Assembly (NCBI RefSeq): GCF_036971445.1 | Contig: NC_091474.1 | Span: 7,812,001 to 7,876,000 of the forward strand | Direction: 5' to 3' | Source: Narcine bancroftii | Taxonomy: Eukaryota | Length of the DNA: 64,000 nucleotides | Shown: piece after piece, positions 62,370 to 64,000 of the stretch | Layout: every line of letters starts with the position of its first letter | How positions within the stretch are numbered: position 1 is the first letter of the stretch | The notes under the pieces: generated by a model | Databases searched by the model: none | The model's input: only the letters and a program-made list of their open reading frames with translations | What the model was told of the DNA's origin: nothing | Program-made: the position numbers and the translations under genes

Positions 62370-63710
62370 ATGCACAAATTACGACAATCCCTCCAGCAAT
62401 CAAGGCCAATATTCCATTTGCTACCTTAATTACCTGTTGGACTTGTAAACCCTCCTCTTGCAGTCCATGTGCAACCACTCTCAAGTGTACAACATTATTC
62501 TGCAATCTTTGAACACGCAAGTAATAATCTGATCTCTTTCTCCTTCCAAAATGGATGACTGTATTTACTAACATTGTAATCTGTCAGACCTTCGCTCACT
62601 CCTTAACCTATTTGTAATCTCTGCATTCTCTGCACAATGTGCTTTTCCACTCCTTTTCGTGTCATCGAAAAACTTTGATAAGCTACACTCTATTCCCACT
62701 TCCAAATTGTCAATGTACATAGTAATCAGCTGCAGATCCAGCACCAACCCCTGTGGCACTTCATTCACCACTGATCAAATAGAAAAACATCCAATTATCC
62801 AAACTCTCTAACTTGTCAGCTAACCAATTCTCTCTCCTTGCTAATACATCATTCCCAACTCCACGCATCCTTATCTTAACTATTAGTCTTTTAAGCAGCA
62901 TCTTATCAAATGCCTTCTGAAACATCAGAGTACCCCCATCTACCTGCTCCTTACATACTCAAAGAACTCCAGGAGGTTTGTTAAATCGAAACTGCTCTTC
63001 CCGAATCCATGTTGTGCCTGCTTTATGGAACAATTTCTATCCAGTTTTTCAGTTTTACAGCCTCCCTCGAGGCCACAGCACACTGAAGTAAAAGTTTTAT
63101 TTTTTCCCATTTCCCCGCATGCAACAATTATTTTTTATATGGAGGAAACCAAAATATGACTGCTTCACAGGGAAGGGGGCCATAAAATTTGAGCAGAGTC
63201 CTAGGGAGGGCATAGCCAAAAAAAGGTTGAAATTGGCTGATTTAGAGAATTTTCCCAACAACAGATGTTAAGCTACCTGGCCAATAGTTACCTGCATTTT
63301 GTATGGATCATTCAGTAGCATGACATTCATTGTTTTCCAATCTGCTGGAACCTGCCCAGATTCCAGAGAACTTTGGTAAATTATCACCGGCCTCTGGTCT
63401 AGCCACCATTTCCTTCAGTACCCTGAGATGTATTCCACTGGGACCATGGGACTTGCCTATCTTTAGGCCCACTAGCTTTCTCAGCACTACTTCTCGAGTG
63501 AAAACAATTGTTTCAAGGTTCTCATCTCCCATCCGATTTAATGCTTGTCATTGCCATGTTAGAAGTGGCCTTCACTGTGAAGACAGACACAAGATAGTCG
63601 CTCAATGCCTCTTCTTCTTCCACTTTACCCATATCAATTCTTAATAATTCTTAATTCTCATCTTCCAAGAGATTCATGTTCACTTTTGCCAAATCTTTCC
63701 TTCTTATACA
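62370..63710 (-). mobile_element. Degraded CR1 LINE in the last PRPF6 intron
   Basis: Encodes GKSHGPSGIHLRVLKE and VPQGLVL...LSKFFDDTK. Confidence 0.75.
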
Positions 63711-64000
63711 ATTATCTATTTTTGCAAGCAGTTGTAGTGTTTCTGCTCTGAAAATGACGTGGAACCTTTGCAATTCAATTTAATAAAAATTATATATTCT
63801 TCAATAAGATTTTGGAATTAAGATTCAGCAAAGAATCCAACGCAACATATTGTACATTTGGAAGGATATCTTTTCTTAAAAAAATTAATGCATTTGGCCA
63901 ACATCAAATGTGTGTTCAGGAATGTGAAAATAATCACTGTTTTATTGTATAGATCATGCAAAATATTTAAAATCTACAATTTTCTAAGAAGTAATAATCA

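Overview
AT-rich, repeat-dense vertebrate genomic DNA. The CR1/RTE/Rex/Penelope/V-SINE repeat mix and the Rhp2 gene suggest a cartilaginous fish (inference). Three protein-coding genes are supported. (1) An intronless Rh-family ammonium transporter, most likely Rhp2, on + (10182-11612). (2) The last coding exon of PRPF6 on - (62127-62279). (3) A five-exon gene downstream of PRPF6 on - (exons 58073-58082, 47345-47490, 47178-47252, 45912-46064, 39948-40130) that the ORF track almost entirely misses. It splices into a 188-aa predicted secreted protein matching C20orf204. Its exon sizes and phases, sequence motifs, upstream ATGs and upstream ISRE all resemble interleukin-7, so it is a candidate orphan IL-7/TSLP-family cytokine and the most interesting item here. 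Also present: a CpG-island promoter with a non-coding first exon of an unidentified - strand gene, orphan promoter-like clusters, three minisatellites, a G-rich tract, a 200-N gap, solo LTRs, a Gypsy integrase remnant, RTE insertions with twin-priming inversions, and Penelope-type modules with minimal hammerhead-ribozyme motifs. All homology calls come from reading and recalled family knowledge; no database search was run, and many repeat boundaries are approximate.
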